From assembly GCA_013416795.1 (NCBI GenBank), contig RQSC01000518.1:72510-136509 (forward strand): DNA of 64,000 bases. The letters are read 5' to 3'. The DNA is from Prasinococcaceae sp. CCMP 1430 (taxonomy: Eukaryota; Plantae; Prasinodermophyta). Below are positions 22,915 through 34,290 of the stretch, piece by piece. The notes below the pieces were generated by a model. The model was not told where the DNA came from and ran no database searches. It was given only the letters and a program-made list of their open reading frames with translations. Numbering within the stretch: position 1 is the first letter of the stretch; every line of letters starts with the position of its first letter. The position numbers and the translations under genes were made by a program.

Positions 22915-23754
22915 ATGGCCGCGAAAGCGATCCTGGCCGCACGGGCTGTAGGCGTCACAGGCGTTCCAAGCGGGCCGGCGCGGGGGCGCGCCAAAGCAGC
23001 TCGACGCGCCCGCGCTCCGGTGTGCGCCAGCAGAGGCGACGATGTAGCACCAGTGAAGCGCTCGGACGTCCTACGGCTGGGCGTGGGCACGGCATTTGCC
23101 GGCTTCATCGCCAGAGACCTGCTGCAGGACTTGGGCGTGACGAGCGGTGACGCCAACGAGAAGGCTGATCCGTTTGGCGGTGTGCAGGGCGTCGGCACCA
23201 AGTATAAGACAGCCATCTTCGCGGGAGGCTGCTTCTGGTGCATGGAGCCCGCCTTCGACGACGTGCCCGGAGTGCTCGCGACCGTGTCGGGCTACACGGG
23301 AGGTTCGCCAGACTTCGCGGAACCCTCGTACATCGAGGTGTCCTCAGGCGTCACCGGCCACGCCGAGGCGGTACAGGTCGTGTACGACCCGGCCGAGTGC
23401 ACTTACGAGGACCTGCTGGACGCGTTCTTCCACAACATCGACCCCACGACGAAAGACAGACAGTTCGTGGACGCTGGCACGCAATATCGCTCCGCAATTT
23501 TCTACCAGGGCGATGGCCAGAGGGACGCCGCGCTCGCCGCTATCTCCAAGCTCGACGCCGCTGGCGTGTTCGGCGCTCCTATCGTCACTGAAGTCGTTGC
23601 GGCCACGCCGTTCTATGCTGCAGAAAACTATCACCAAAATTACTACGTGACGCACAAGCAGCGCTACGGCGTGTACCGTTCGCTCTCTGGCCGCGACGAG
23701 TACATCCAGCAGACATGGGGCGTCGACTATTGGCAGAAGCATCACCACGACTAG
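22915..23754 (+). CDS. msrA: Peptide methionine sulfoxide reductase A with plastid-type presequence
   Basis: FAGGCFWCME, SGYTGG, TGHAEAVQV.YDP, DPT..DRQF.D.G.QYRSAIFY, FY.AE.YHQ.YY. Confidence 0.95.
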   Translation: MAAKAILAARAVGVTGVPSGPARGRAKAARRARAPVCASRGDDVAPVKRSDVLRLGVGTAFAGFIARDLLQDLGVTSGDANEKADPFGGVQGVGTKYKTAIFAGGCFWCMEPAFDDVPGVLATVSGYTGGSPDFAEPSYIEVSSGVTGHAEAVQVVYDPAECTYEDLLDAFFHNIDPTTKDRQFVDAGTQYRSAIFYQGDGQRDAALAAISKLDAAGVFGAPIVTEVVAATPFYAAENYHQNYYVTHKQRYGVYRSLSGRDEYIQQTWGVDYWQKHHHD

Positions 23755-23799
23755 AGAGAGGTTTTCTTGCGTGCGTGGTGTAATGTACAGGTCGCTCTC

Positions 23800-25932
23800 T
23801 CATCTGGGCCTGACCAGAGCCGCCATGAAGTGGCCCTGGCCTCCAGTGACCAGCCAAGCGCAGCCGTCGCTCGCGGGCGCCCAGCTCGCGCAGTAGTGCG
23901 CCGCGCGCTCGTGCCCGAAGATTTCGTCGCGCGTGGGCGCCGCACTCTCGCTGCGCTCTCTCTTGCTCGACCCACCGAGCACCAATGCATCCTTGTCGGC
24001 GTCCCAGATGCGCCTGGCCTCGATCGACACTGGGATGTACATCGCCTTATTCTTTGACTTCTCCCTCAGGTCCGGGGCAAAGCAACTGAGGGCGTTCGAG
24101 ATGCAAACAGTACCGGCATGTGTGCAGTACGCCACCAGTGGCGAACCCGCCTGTGTCTTGCCCTCCGCGGGCGGCAAGTACACGGCTGCCGACCAGACGC
24201 TCACTGCTTCATCCGCCACCTGCCAATGGCGTGTTTTGGACGTCGTTTGCCCCTGGCCATCTCCATCGGGGTTGAGCACAAGGCGCTCCAAGAGTAGAAT
24301 ACGAATGTTGCCGTCGTCAGATGTGCACGTCACAGCGCACTTGGGGAAAAGCGTGGTCGATACGATGGTAGACATCATGAGATGAGTGTGCGTAGGTAAG
24401 TTGCGCACGCTCTCGCGGAGGTCCACGATGTAGCAGTTGCCATCGAGATCAGCACACAAAATGAGGTCATCCATTTCGCTGGTCGCGATGCGATTCTCTG
24501 CTGCTGCAACGGTGCTTCTTCCAAGCCACTCAACGCCGCGCAGCGGCGCCCGCGACACGGTGCGGGAGTACAAAAGCTCCATTGGGTACGGCTGAGATGA
24601 CGCCGCCCCCTCAGTCGTGCCCATGGCCCAGACCGCCACAGCACCGTCTTGATAGCCGACAAGGAGTCGCTCACCGTCCGCATCCCAGCGCATCGTGCAG
24701 GGCACTGCAGTCTTATCCCGGCGGGCAGCTGAACACTGCTTCTCAGCGACCGCCACGAGTTCTGCTGCAGCGTTCACCTCGACCCCCACCGGGTTCACCG
24801 CAGTCCGCGGCGCCGACGCAATCGACGCCGGCACGCCATACAGACAGACCCTACCTGATCCAAAGGCAACCGCTACTTGCCCAAAGACTCCCGAGGCTTG
24901 CTTGCCCGGGCGCCATTTGACGTCCCACGCAGGGCCTTCAGCATGCCGAAGTACGCGCACGAGCTGCCCAGGTCCTGTTGGCGGTGATGCTTTTGGCCCT
25001 CCGGGCATGGGTGGGCTCGGCGGTGGCGACGTCGAGCGAAATGGCGCAGGTGATGGCGGTCGAGAGGGCGGTGGAGTGAGGTCTACTGAGAAGTTGATTT
25101 CGTGGCCGCGTTCGTCCTCCGGCTTGGGGTACTTGCGCGGCCGGCCGCGCGGACGCTTCTCCTTTGGCTCGCTATCGTCCTCCGGCTTGGGGTACTTGCG
25201 CGGCCGGCCGCGCGGGCGCTTCTCCTTGGGCTCGCTATCGTCCTCTGGCTTGGGGTACTTGCGCGGCCGGCCGCGCGGGCGCTTCTCCTTGGGCTCGCTA
25301 TCGTCCTCTGGCTTGGGGTACTTGCGCGGCCGGCCGCGCGGGCGCTTCTCCTTCGGCTCGTCGTTCTTCTCGCCCGCTTTGGCAGACCCGTCGGGATGCA
25401 CCTGCGCCCGCTGATTTCGCTGTTCTTCGCCAGTGGGCTCTAGCTTGGGGTACTTGCGTGGACGCCCTCGGGGGCGCTTGACCTTGGGCTCAGGCTCGGC
25501 TTTCGGCTCAGCGAAACCATCACTTGCGCGACTGCCGCGCCTGTAGCCTCGCCAGCCCGATCCACACTGCTGTTGCGAGGGCTCCAGCTCCGGCCCCGTC
25601 TCGTTCAGCACCCACAGCTGCACAGAGCCGCCGCACTCGGCAGGTTCATTGTATATGTGCGCGGGAGAGGCATGCTCTCGTGGTGCCACTGCGACCATCG
25701 CGCTGGTGGCGCTGCCACGTTGTCCTGCCTGGACGTCGAGTGCCCACGCTGCACCAAAGCTGCCGCATGAGGCGATGCCGCAGCGGCGAACGGAGACGCC
25801 TTCACCCGAACCAGCAGTGGTTTTCGAACCGCCTCCGTATCCACCGCCGCCCGGCAGCCACACGGACTCGCCTGCGTGGAGCTCGACCTTTGCGCCCTCG
25901 CCATCAGCGTCGATCACGCACAGCGGCGCCAT
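23800..25932 (-). CDS. AT-hook + WD40 protein, TFIIIC subunit 2 (GTF3C2/Tfc6)-like
   Basis: AWALD...VAVA...GSVQLW, then five RPRGRPRK AT-hooks, then H..G.AWDVKWRP...G.VAVAFGSG.V and further WD-like strands. This matches the architecture of plant GTF3C2. Confidence 0.75.
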   Translation of the reverse strand: MAPLCVIDADGEGAKVELHAGESVWLPGGGGYGGGSKTTAGSGEGVSVRRCGIASCGSFGAAWALDVQAGQRGSATSAMVAVAPREHASPAHIYNEPAECGGSVQLWVLNETGPELEPSQQQCGSGWRGYRRGSRASDGFAEPKAEPEPKVKRPRGRPRKYPKLEPTGEEQRNQRAQVHPDGSAKAGEKNDEPKEKRPRGRPRKYPKPEDDSEPKEKRPRGRPRKYPKPEDDSEPKEKRPRGRPRKYPKPEDDSEPKEKRPRGRPRKYPKPEDERGHEINFSVDLTPPPSRPPSPAPFRSTSPPPSPPMPGGPKASPPTGPGQLVRVLRHAEGPAWDVKWRPGKQASGVFGQVAVAFGSGRVCLYGVPASIASAPRTAVNPVGVEVNAAAELVAVAEKQCSAARRDKTAVPCTMRWDADGERLLVGYQDGAVAVWAMGTTEGAASSQPYPMELLYSRTVSRAPLRGVEWLGRSTVAAAENRIATSEMDDLILCADLDGNCYIVDLRESVRNLPTHTHLMMSTIVSTTLFPKCAVTCTSDDGNIRILLLERLVLNPDGDGQGQTTSKTRHWQVADEAVSVWSAAVYLPPAEGKTQAGSPLVAYCTHAGTVCISNALSCFAPDLREKSKNKAMYIPVSIEARRIWDADKDALVLGGSSKRERSESAAPTRDEIFGHERAAHYCASWAPASDGCAWLVTGGQGHFMAALVRPR
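25112..25360. repeat. 63-bp coding tandem repeat x4 (EPKEKRPRGRPRKYPKPEDDS)
   Basis: Units start at 25112, 25175, 25238 and 25301, differing only at a few mostly synonymous positions. Confidence 0.95.
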
Positions 25933-25969
25933 GGCTGCTGAGGCCTCTGCCGCGACTCTGACGAAAGTG

Positions 25970-26810
25970 TCAGTAGAAGCAGACGAAGTTGTTGCTCACC
26001 CAGCGCTCCCACGAGATGCGTCTCGCCTCTGCCAGGGGAGCCAATCCAGCAGTGTTCCGACGCGCAGTGTCCAAGTATGGCTCGTCTGCGCTGGATCGAA
26101 CCGCGTCACCCAGCTCTTCCCAAGTCACACGCAGCTATGCGCGCAAGAGAAGACAATCTCGTCAAGTCAGTCGGTGCGGCTGCGCTTCGTTCACGCAAGG
26201 AATGTGGCGCGCCGCCAGGCAAAACGAACAGTGTCAGCAACGCCCTCGCACTGCATTGCGGCAGCCCTCGCACCTGCTCGAGCCGCGTGACTGTTAGTCC
26301 GTCTGCAAGGAGCGCGGGCTCGTCGGCGATGAGAGCGTCCACGAGCACCGAGTACGGGACCACAGCGCTGATCTCTGTGAGGTTGGATGCGGCAACCAGT
26401 GCTGCCCCGGGCGCGAGCAGCGCCGGGCAATCGAGCGCCGCGCGAAGAGCGTCGACTCGCAGGGGCAAGAAGGAACGCAGGCGAACGAGACTAGCGGCGA
26501 GCTCGCGGGGCGGCAAATGCCTGATTTCCCAGGCTTCCTGCGCGACTTCGTCGCCGACGTGGCCTCTCCGTCCCCCACCGTCACTGGCGCGCAGCACGCG
26601 CTCCGTGTACGCCGACGCAAAGGAACGTCCTGTAGCAGCCGCCACCGCCGGTGCTGCCGCTGCGCGCTGCTGCGCTCCGCCACGCCGTGCTCCGCGCGGC
26701 ACGCCACTACGCCGCAAGGCCGACGTAGCCCGTGGGCGAGAGGCCGCCACCCGGGGCACTGCTGCCAGAGCGGTGGCTGCCGCCGCTGATGGGCGGCAGC
26801 ACGGAGGCAT
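25970..26810 (-). CDS. hypothetical plastid-targeted protein, 2 exons: 26810-26274, 26134-25970
   Basis: Ala/Arg-rich presequence, then helical body (RELAASLVRLRSFLP...DCPALL...DEPALL). GTGCGA..CTGAC..TAG intron. Exon 2 reads LRVTWEELG...WERWVSNNFVCFY-TGA. Confidence 0.65.
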
Positions 26811-27198
26811 GCGCGCAGTGTGGCTCGGCGAAAGTGCGGGAAAGAAATGCCTGAAAAACGTGCGTCCGCAGATCAGGTGATACTGCAATTTCTTTCATTT
26901 TGGCTCCATCATGCTTGACGTGCAAAGTGCACACGGTGATGAAAGTATGCAGGTTGTCTCTCTCTCTCCACCGAGCGGTATAGTGCAGTTGTGTAGCTAG
27001 CTGGAGGTACCTGGTGGGCACCTTGGACAAACGCAATGCGCTGCTGTCCGAGTCCGAGTATACGAAGCTGAGCTCATGCAAAGCAGCCTCTGGCGACGAG
27101 GACGCCCAAGTTTTACAACAACATCACCGCACGGTGTATGTGGAGGAAGTCGACGTGACGAAATGTGTTCTGCCAACTACGAAGAAGAGCCCGTAGCA

Positions 27199-30100
27199 TC
27201 ATGTGCGCTGGCGGAACTCATGGCGGAAAACCGTGAGCGCCTGCGTGAATCTGTCCCTGTTCTTCGAGTCAAGCGAGCGGTTGACGTCTTGCATGAGCTT
27301 CGTGAAGCACCCGTCCACGCGCGCTTGCCGTTCTTGAGGCTGTGATGCGGCGATCTGAAGCTTGAGCTCCCCGAAGACCGACTCATTGACGAGGATGAGG
27401 CTAAGCATCGGCCTCGAAAGGCTCCACTGGTTGGCGCAGTCCTCGAAGAGCACAATCTCGAACAGTAGCTTGAGGATGTCAGGAAACATACCAGGGCGGG
27501 CTGCGACGTGCTGCGCCATGGCAGCGGCCATCGGATGCGGGGCTTCGTCCGGATCGCGTGGGGCCAGGTTCTTGTTGAAGTGGAAGGCAGCCAAGCTGTC
27601 CACCGCGCTCGCACACTGACTGCTGATGCTCACGTCGAGGCTCTTGAGACCCACCTCGAGGCTCTCCACGATGCGGGCGAAGGTGGTGCTGTCCTGGCCT
27701 ATAACGAAGGCCGTGTGGCTATGGCACATCTGCTCGAGTAGCGCGTAGTAGGCCTTGGCGACTTTGCGGAAAGCGACGATGTCATTCAAGGGGATGGTGA
27801 GGGCAAGCTTCAGCGCCATGCCGAGCGCATCGCGCAGGGCGGGGTCACCATAGAGCTCAAACACGCCGAAGTTGGTGTAGCCCCCGCCCAGCGCACGGGT
27901 CAGCATCTGTAGTGCAACCCACACCCCCTTGTACTTCCCAGCATAAGGATCGGCCGGCTGCAGCTGCAGGGCTCTGTTCCCATATGCCAATAGCAGCTTG
28001 GACACCTCGCGGAAGAGCAGAATGCCGTTTGGGCTCGAACTGTCGAACGTTAGGCGCTGCGTCTTGTTGAGCACGAATTCGGACAGGAACTTGAGCACTG
28101 GCGTCGTCACCTCTGGTTGGTCCGCATAAGTCTCCAGCGCGCGCAGCAGCACGGGCATGTGCCTCGGGTACATCCACTCAAAGAGCATTCCGTACGTTTT
28201 GCGCGAATTTGCCGCCGTCGCCAGCCCCCGTAAATCGCGCAACAGGCCGATGAGTGTGGCCTTCGCCCCTGCGCTCTGGAAAGCGGTGGGGTCTGCCGCA
28301 ACAAGCTGCTGGAAGGACGTGTTGAGCGGCGCCATGAATGTGCGGAAGCGCGCCGGCGAGTCCTCCATGAAGAGCAACCTGCCGAGTGTAAGGTAGAACG
28401 TTGTGCGGTTCCGCATGTTGCTCTGCTCGTTGAGGAAAGGGAATTGTTCGGCGGTGTGGTTGTTCAGGATGAAGTTGATCGCCTCCAGCTTCAACATCAG
28501 CTTGCCGGACATGTAGCCCGTCGCGAGATCTTGAAACAGCCCTAGCGTGGCCTGGATAACGCCATCACACCGCACGAAGCACTTGAGGTTCGTCGCCACC
28601 TTGCTCACCATCACGTTCAGCACCACCAGATGATCGGCCAGCAAGACGCGCTCGTTGAGGCGCGCGTACACCTTGCTCGAGTGCATCGCCTGTTCCCCGA
28701 TGTACACCTTGCGGAAGGACTGGAAGAAGTGCAGGATCGCTTGGTCCAGCCGCTGCTTGCTCACCTCGCCGTAGCGCTCCGGCCTGCAGTGGTACCCTGC
28801 GTCCACGCACTTGACAAGCTGGAAGACGCGGCTTGCAAGCTCGCCGTCGATCACCTCCTGGCTCTCCGCGCTACTTGTGCCCAGCCGCCCCCGCACGATC
28901 GCCCCGACAATGTACACGAGCCAAGTGAGCTGGCCCTCAAGCACCGCCAACGTGGTCCCGGCTGGCACTTGCCCCGTCTCGCCGGCGCTGGCGTACGCCG
29001 CCATCAGAGGGTCGATGATCGTGCACAGATATTCGCTCGTCTTCGCGTAGTCGAAGCGCGCGAGATACGGAATGGCGTCGAGCTGCTCCTGCAGCTGCTC
29101 CTCGTTTTCCAGTGGGTCCTCAATGCCTCCCCCGCCCGACTGCTGGCTGGCAAGCACCGCCGCAACACTGTCCAGGCGACTGGTCACGTACGCCGTCGTG
29201 ATCTTGGGTACGTAATTGTCCAGGAGGCTCGGGCTGTCGCCCTTCAGATACGGCATGCTACTGATGAGCCTGCTCCAGAGCCCAAGCAGGTAGTAAACTG
29301 AGCCTGCCGCCCACTGCCAGTTGATTAGGCTCTGCTGCGTGAAGTCCGCCACGAGCTGGATCCACTCGCTGTAGTGGTCGACCTTGACCAGCTCGCTCAG
29401 CTGGTAGTTGGTCTTCAGACGTCCCAGCAGCCGGCAGTACTCGTGGTAGTTGTCATGATCCTCAAGGCCGGACTGCGTGCGCAGGATCTCGCGGGTTCCA
29501 TTCATGAGCTGCGCCAGGAACTTGCAGCGCTCCGCCTCGGAGCTGAAGAGTGACCGTCGCACGCTAGCGAGGCGCACGAGGCATTCGAGCGCCTGCGTCG
29601 ACAGCCGCGGCCGCGTGGCCGCGTAGTAGTCGAAGAAGAGCTTCACGGTTGAAGACTCCTCGAGCAGCGGCCTCCAGCTTGACGGCACCTGGATCGTCCC
29701 AAGGTCTTCGCTGGACTCGTCCAGGCTGGTGCCCACGAAGTCGTAGCTCAGGCACTTGAGCGCGAGCGCGAGCGCCTGGTCGCGAACGCGGTCCTCGCCG
29801 CCTTGTTCCATCAGCTGCCGAAGCGACGTGAGCGCAATCTTGAATATTTCTGACAGCGCCAGATCTCTGAACGACACCGCCGTCTTGCGGTGCTGCGTGA
29901 GCGAGCGCCCGGGGTTTGGCTGGTTGAGCTCGGCGACCAGCTGGTTGAGGATCTTCAGCCCGAGAAAGAAATGGTCGAGGGAGCCCGCCGCGAGGAATTT
30001 GGAGGCCTCACTCACGATGTTTCGGTAGTCCTCCGACTCCGCCCAGCCTAGCTTGGTGATGCGCCCAACTAGCTGCACCAGCCACGTCGAGACGAATGTC

Positions 30101-30847
30101 TGCAGTGTCGGGCCCTTAGAGGCCAAGAAGCCAAGCACATAGTTGCGGATGTCGAGCCGAAGCTGCGAAGTAATGGCCTGCTCGGAGACCAGCTTTACCA
30201 GCGACGAGGCGGCGAGCAGGTGCGCGTACGAAGACTGGCTGTTGTCCAGGATGTACTGTTTTGGGCGGCGCCGCAAGTTGGGCCGGGCGCGCGCGAGGGG
30301 GGGTGAGGGGGCGTTCCATTGGGCGAGCTGGGGGTTAGCAGTACATCGCAGGCAACGGAACTCGGGGCTAAACGCACGCCAAAAGGTCCGCGTACAATGA
30401 ATCGCAGATAGAGGATATCTGGCGATCGAAGCGAGCGCGCCACTCGCGCGATGCAGCACACCAGCATCGGCGCATCGCAGGCGTTTGCTTCAAGGCTCTC
30501 CGCGCGGCGGCGCAAGTGAAGATGCCCCCCCTCGCCGTCTGCCATTGCACGAGATATGAACGGCGCGAGGGTGGGCGAGCGCCTCTCTTTGCCAGCGCGA
30601 TGCGAATGCATCGCACGCGACAGGCCAGCTGCTGCCCGCGCGAGCGTCTGAGGAGCGGCGCGCAGCGCAGTGCGCGTCGGCATGGGCAGGAGCGCGAGTG
30701 AGCGGGAGGACACACCTGGCACTGCGGGATCATCTGCGGGTTGGAGGCGAACTGTGCGAGCGCCTGCTCTGCCGCAGCGCGCTCGTCCGGGTTCTGTGCG
30801 GTGTACAGCTGCTCCGCCATAGCCTCGAGCTGGCCGAGCGACTCCAT
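27199..30847 (-). CDS. XPO7: Exportin-7 (RanBP16/17), 2 exons: 30847-30716, 30255-27199
   Basis: MESLGQLEAM.EQLY..Q...ERA.AEQ.L; QCQ-YILDNS.SSYA.LLAASSL; HRKTAVSFRD; NYHEYCRLLGRLKTNYQLSELV; FDSSSPNGILLFRE; NQWSLSRPMLSLI; KNRDRFTQ. Confidence 0.96.
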
Positions 30848-32017
30848 GGTCGCCGCAATGGCAGCAAGCAGGGGTCAGCCGAGCCAGCTCCCTTCTCCCC
30901 TTGGCGTCTGCGTGCGCACCGTGCCTCGTGCACGCGCGCGCTCGTGTGCGCGCGCTTTTCGCGCACACGGGCCTCCTGTGCTGGCCAACGCCGCTGCCGT
31001 TTCAACGCGCCGCAGCAGAGCGTGGCGCCCCTGCGCTGCGCCGCCCCGCCCCCGCGCCTGCGACATCCTAGCCGGCCGGGCTGTGGCACGTCCGCGTCGC
31101 GCGCTCCTCGGTGTGCGGCACCGCCGCCGGCCCGTGCCCTGGCCGGCCCCCTCCCTTCCCGCCTGCCTGCCTGCCCACCTGCCCGCCTGCCTGCCTGCCC
31201 TCCCAGCTCGGAGCCAGCCCCGAGCGCCGCACCCGCTCCACCCCATGGCCAGCCGGGATGGGGGCATTTGATTGGACCCCCCGTCCGCATGCGCATGCGC
31301 ATCATGCATGTTCCCCCCGCATTTTCCTTTCCGAGAAGCCCTCACGGTTTTTGATTGTCTCTCTTCTTCTGCCACGCGTACGAGCGAGGAGGTGCGTGAT
31401 GTGATGTGATGTGACCCATCATCATGGCCTCATCATGCGAGCGCGTGCTCGGTCCGACGGGGCGCGTGGAGGATCTGCACCCCGCAGAGCTCCCGCTCGC
31501 GGGACCCCACCCACCGCCCGCGCGCGCGCGCGCGCGCGCGCTCGCGCGCTCGCGCGGTGCTGTTGGCCGGCGGGAGAGCAGAGGCGAGCACACTGCGCCG
31601 CGCTGCGCCGCGCTGCGCTGCGGGCGGGGGCCGGGTTGGGGGCTGCGGGGGTGGGGGGAGGGCGAAGGGGGAAAGAGGGCGAAGGCGGGGCGTCACGGGG
31701 AGGGGCCGGGGGAGGGACGAGCGGTTGCGGGGGAACAGACTCCGCGCCCCGCGCGCTGCGCTGTGCGCGCGTCTACGCACCACCCGATAGCTCGAGTGCC
31801 ACGCCCAACAGACAGCGCTGCCGGCCTGCGCCGCGCTGCCGGCGGGCGCTGCGCTGGCCGTCTGTGCCACGCGCCCAGCGGCACGCAGGGTGGGTGCGCA
31901 CACCTACACGCGTGAGCTGCTGATGCGTACGTTGCACCTGCGGCGGCCCGAGAAAGCCCGCGTCCTCCTGCGGCAGGCGCGGGTGACGCGGGACGACCCG
32001 ACGTGCGTGGGGTGGTG

Positions 32018-32635
32018 ATGAAGCGTGCGGCAGACGAAGGCGACCGCCTTGGCGCCGCTGGGGCTGCAACAGCCGCGGCAGCCGTGGTGCCATGGCCAGC
32101 TGCCTCGATGCACGACGCACAGGCAGCTAAGCGCCCAAGGAGAAGCGGCAACTGCCACGTAGGGGTGGAGAGTGGCACTCCCGTCGCTGCAGGGGTGCCG
32201 CAGCCACAGCTCCTGCTCAGGTCCCAGCTCGGTACCCAGCCTCAGTCCCCGCAACAACAGCAAGCCCAAAGGCCAGCCGACCACCTCCAATCGCCGGTAA
32301 CGCCGCACGTCCCACGGGCGCAGTGGCTTAGTTTAGCCGCGGCGCAGCCTGCCGCCGCTCCCATCACCGATACACAGTGGAACCGGAACGCCTCGGCCGC
32401 CACTGCATGCGCACCCAATACAATAGCTGCAACGCCGCTCGTGGACCGTACCACGGGCCTCCTTTTCGGCACGCAGGGCATCAACGATGCGCGAGCGGAG
32501 GACGCGCTGGCCGAGCCTATGGACCAACAGCCAGGTGGCCTGCGCCGCTCCAATTCGTGCCCTCTGATGGACTCGCTGCTTGCCTCGCCGCTCGTCCCGC
32601 GAGGCGCTGGGGGAACACCGCAGGAGCGGCAGTGA
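32018..32635 (+). CDS. hypothetical low-complexity (Q/P/A-rich) protein
   Basis: ATG-started ~205 aa ORF with NLS-like AKRPRR and a LRRSNSCP motif. No family recognised. Confidence 0.5.
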   Translation: MKRAADEGDRLGAAGAATAAAAVVPWPAASMHDAQAAKRPRRSGNCHVGVESGTPVAAGVPQPQLLLRSQLGTQPQSPQQQQAQRPADHLQSPVTPHVPRAQWLSLAAAQPAAAPITDTQWNRNASAATACAPNTIAATPLVDRTTGLLFGTQGINDARAEDALAEPMDQQPGGLRRSNSCPLMDSLLASPLVPRGAGGTPQERQ

Positions 32636-33045
32636 TGCTCATTCCAAGCATGCGCGAGGTCGTGGTGCGTTGACGGCGACGCAAATGCCCGCAGAGTGCT
32701 CGTGCCACCGGGCGCGCGCAGCTTCGCCACAAGTGCGCACATCCTGGCACTTTTGGGGCGCCACACAAATAAGCAGCTGCTAAGTTGTGTGATTGAGTAT
32801 GTGCAATACTGTGGGCACACGCCAACAGTTGTGAGTGGGCCCATGCCTCGTCCTGCCACTCAGCTTGCGCGCGCCCATTCACCGTCGCGACAGGACTAGC
32901 CGCAGCGAAGCGCTCTAGTACTTACGAGGCTCGTCCGACCGACATGATCTATGCAGCCGAGCGCTGCGCACACGCATACAGATGACCTTGCGCGGCCTGC
33001 ACACGCCGCGCGCGCGGTTAAAGCGGTCGGGGGAACGACGCCAGC

Positions 33046-33828
33046 TCACTCTTCAGTCGAGATGACAGCCACCTCGGCGACCTCGTCTCCGTTAGCGGCC
33101 TGCTCCGCAGCCACTTCCGCGTTGTACTCGAGCACGCCCGAGCCGAGGGCGTACACGAGATACGCTGCCACCAGCGTGATGCCGCCCGTGTACAGCGGCC
33201 CGGTCCACTTCTGTGTCTTCTCGGGCCCGAGCAAAAACAGCGAGATGGAGCCAAACAGCAGCACGGTGCCCAGGATGGCGTCGTGGATAATGTAGCTGCG
33301 GCGAGGCGGGGGACGAGAGCGTGCGCGGAGCGGGTGTGCCACATGCGCACACCGAATCACTCGCGACGGTCAACACTCGCACGCAAGCCGCGAGCGCGCG
33401 CAGAGGCGCGCACACTGCCCTGAGGTTGAGCGGGCGCTCGCTGGCACCTCCTGGCATAAGTGTGAAGTGCTCGCGCACAGGCGCCTCGCTCACCTCGGGA
33501 TGAGCCTCTCTGCGATGGCCTCAATGCGCGCGTAGTTGGCAGGATCGCACGAGGGGTTCTGCTCGCATGCGCTCAGCGGCTTAGGCTTGTCTGCGGCGGG
33601 GTTGAGGAGGCCCGCGAGGTCGCCAAGCGCTCCGCCGTGCGCTCCGCCGTGCGCGAGCGGTTCCGCATCGATCACTGCGGCGGCATGCGTGTGCAGTGCG
33701 AGCGCCGCGTCCGCGTGCTCGGCGAGCGCGCGCGGGGCGGCGCGCCGCCGCGCCGATGCTCGCCCGCGCGCTCTCCCCGCCGGACATGCTGCCGCCTTTG
33801 CTAGCGTCGCTTGGCGTGCGAGCGCCAT
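33046..33828 (-). CDS. hypothetical plastid membrane protein (2 TM), 2 exons: 33828-33494, 33295-33046
   Basis: Transit peptide MALARQATLAKAAA..ARRRAAPRALAE. The GTGAGC..GCAG intron gives an in-frame 194 aa product with two hydrophobic helices. Confidence 0.7.
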
Positions 33829-34281
33829 GGCTGCCTGCTCTACCCACCCGCCTGCCCGCTCGCTCGCGCTCGTTAGGCTGTGTGGCGCTCGCCCCCGCGG
33901 ATTCCTTCCCTCGTTCAGCCGGGACTCCCCTCGGCCTTGCCCCCCCCCCCCCTCCCGAGGCCCCCTCCCCCCTGCCTGCTCTGCTGCGAGCTGCGTGCGG
34001 GCCGCGCCGGCGGGACGTGCGGATGGCCCCGGCGAAAGTGCCGGCCCCCGCAGGAACGACTCAATCAAACGCATTTCCGTTAGGCATTTGCCGGCAATTG
34101 GTGCGTCGCGCGCACGAAGCGCGAGGTGCGCACAAAACGCGGGGGGCCGGCACGCGCACGCTTATCGGGATCGGGATCCGGGGCATGTGGCGATTCGCCT
34201 GAGCAGACATCGCCTTGCGATTTCTGGTAGAAAGGGTTTCATATTTTAGGTTTTTGTAACGTAGGGTGTACAGAACGGGGC

Positions 34282-34290
34282 AAACCCTAA
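34282..34290 (+). promoter_or_regulatory. telo-box AAACCCTAA in AT-rich divergent intergenic island
   Basis: Exact plant telo-box with degenerate AGGGTTT/TAGGTTT/TAGGGT copies at 34232-34268. Confidence 0.5.

Noticed and set aside
23225-23245. Selenocysteine MsrA as in Chlamydomonas
   Set aside because: Active-site codons are TGC, with no in-frame TGA.
25112-25360. Regular direct repeats resembling a CRISPR array
   Set aside because: No unique spacers. It is an in-frame 21-aa coding repeat in a eukaryotic gene, with no cas genes nearby.
26930-27196. Box C-like GTGATGA and a 60 aa + strand ORF between exportin-7 and the next gene
   Set aside because: No terminal stem or recognisable rRNA guide. 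The ORF has no ATG and lies in the expected exportin 3' UTR.
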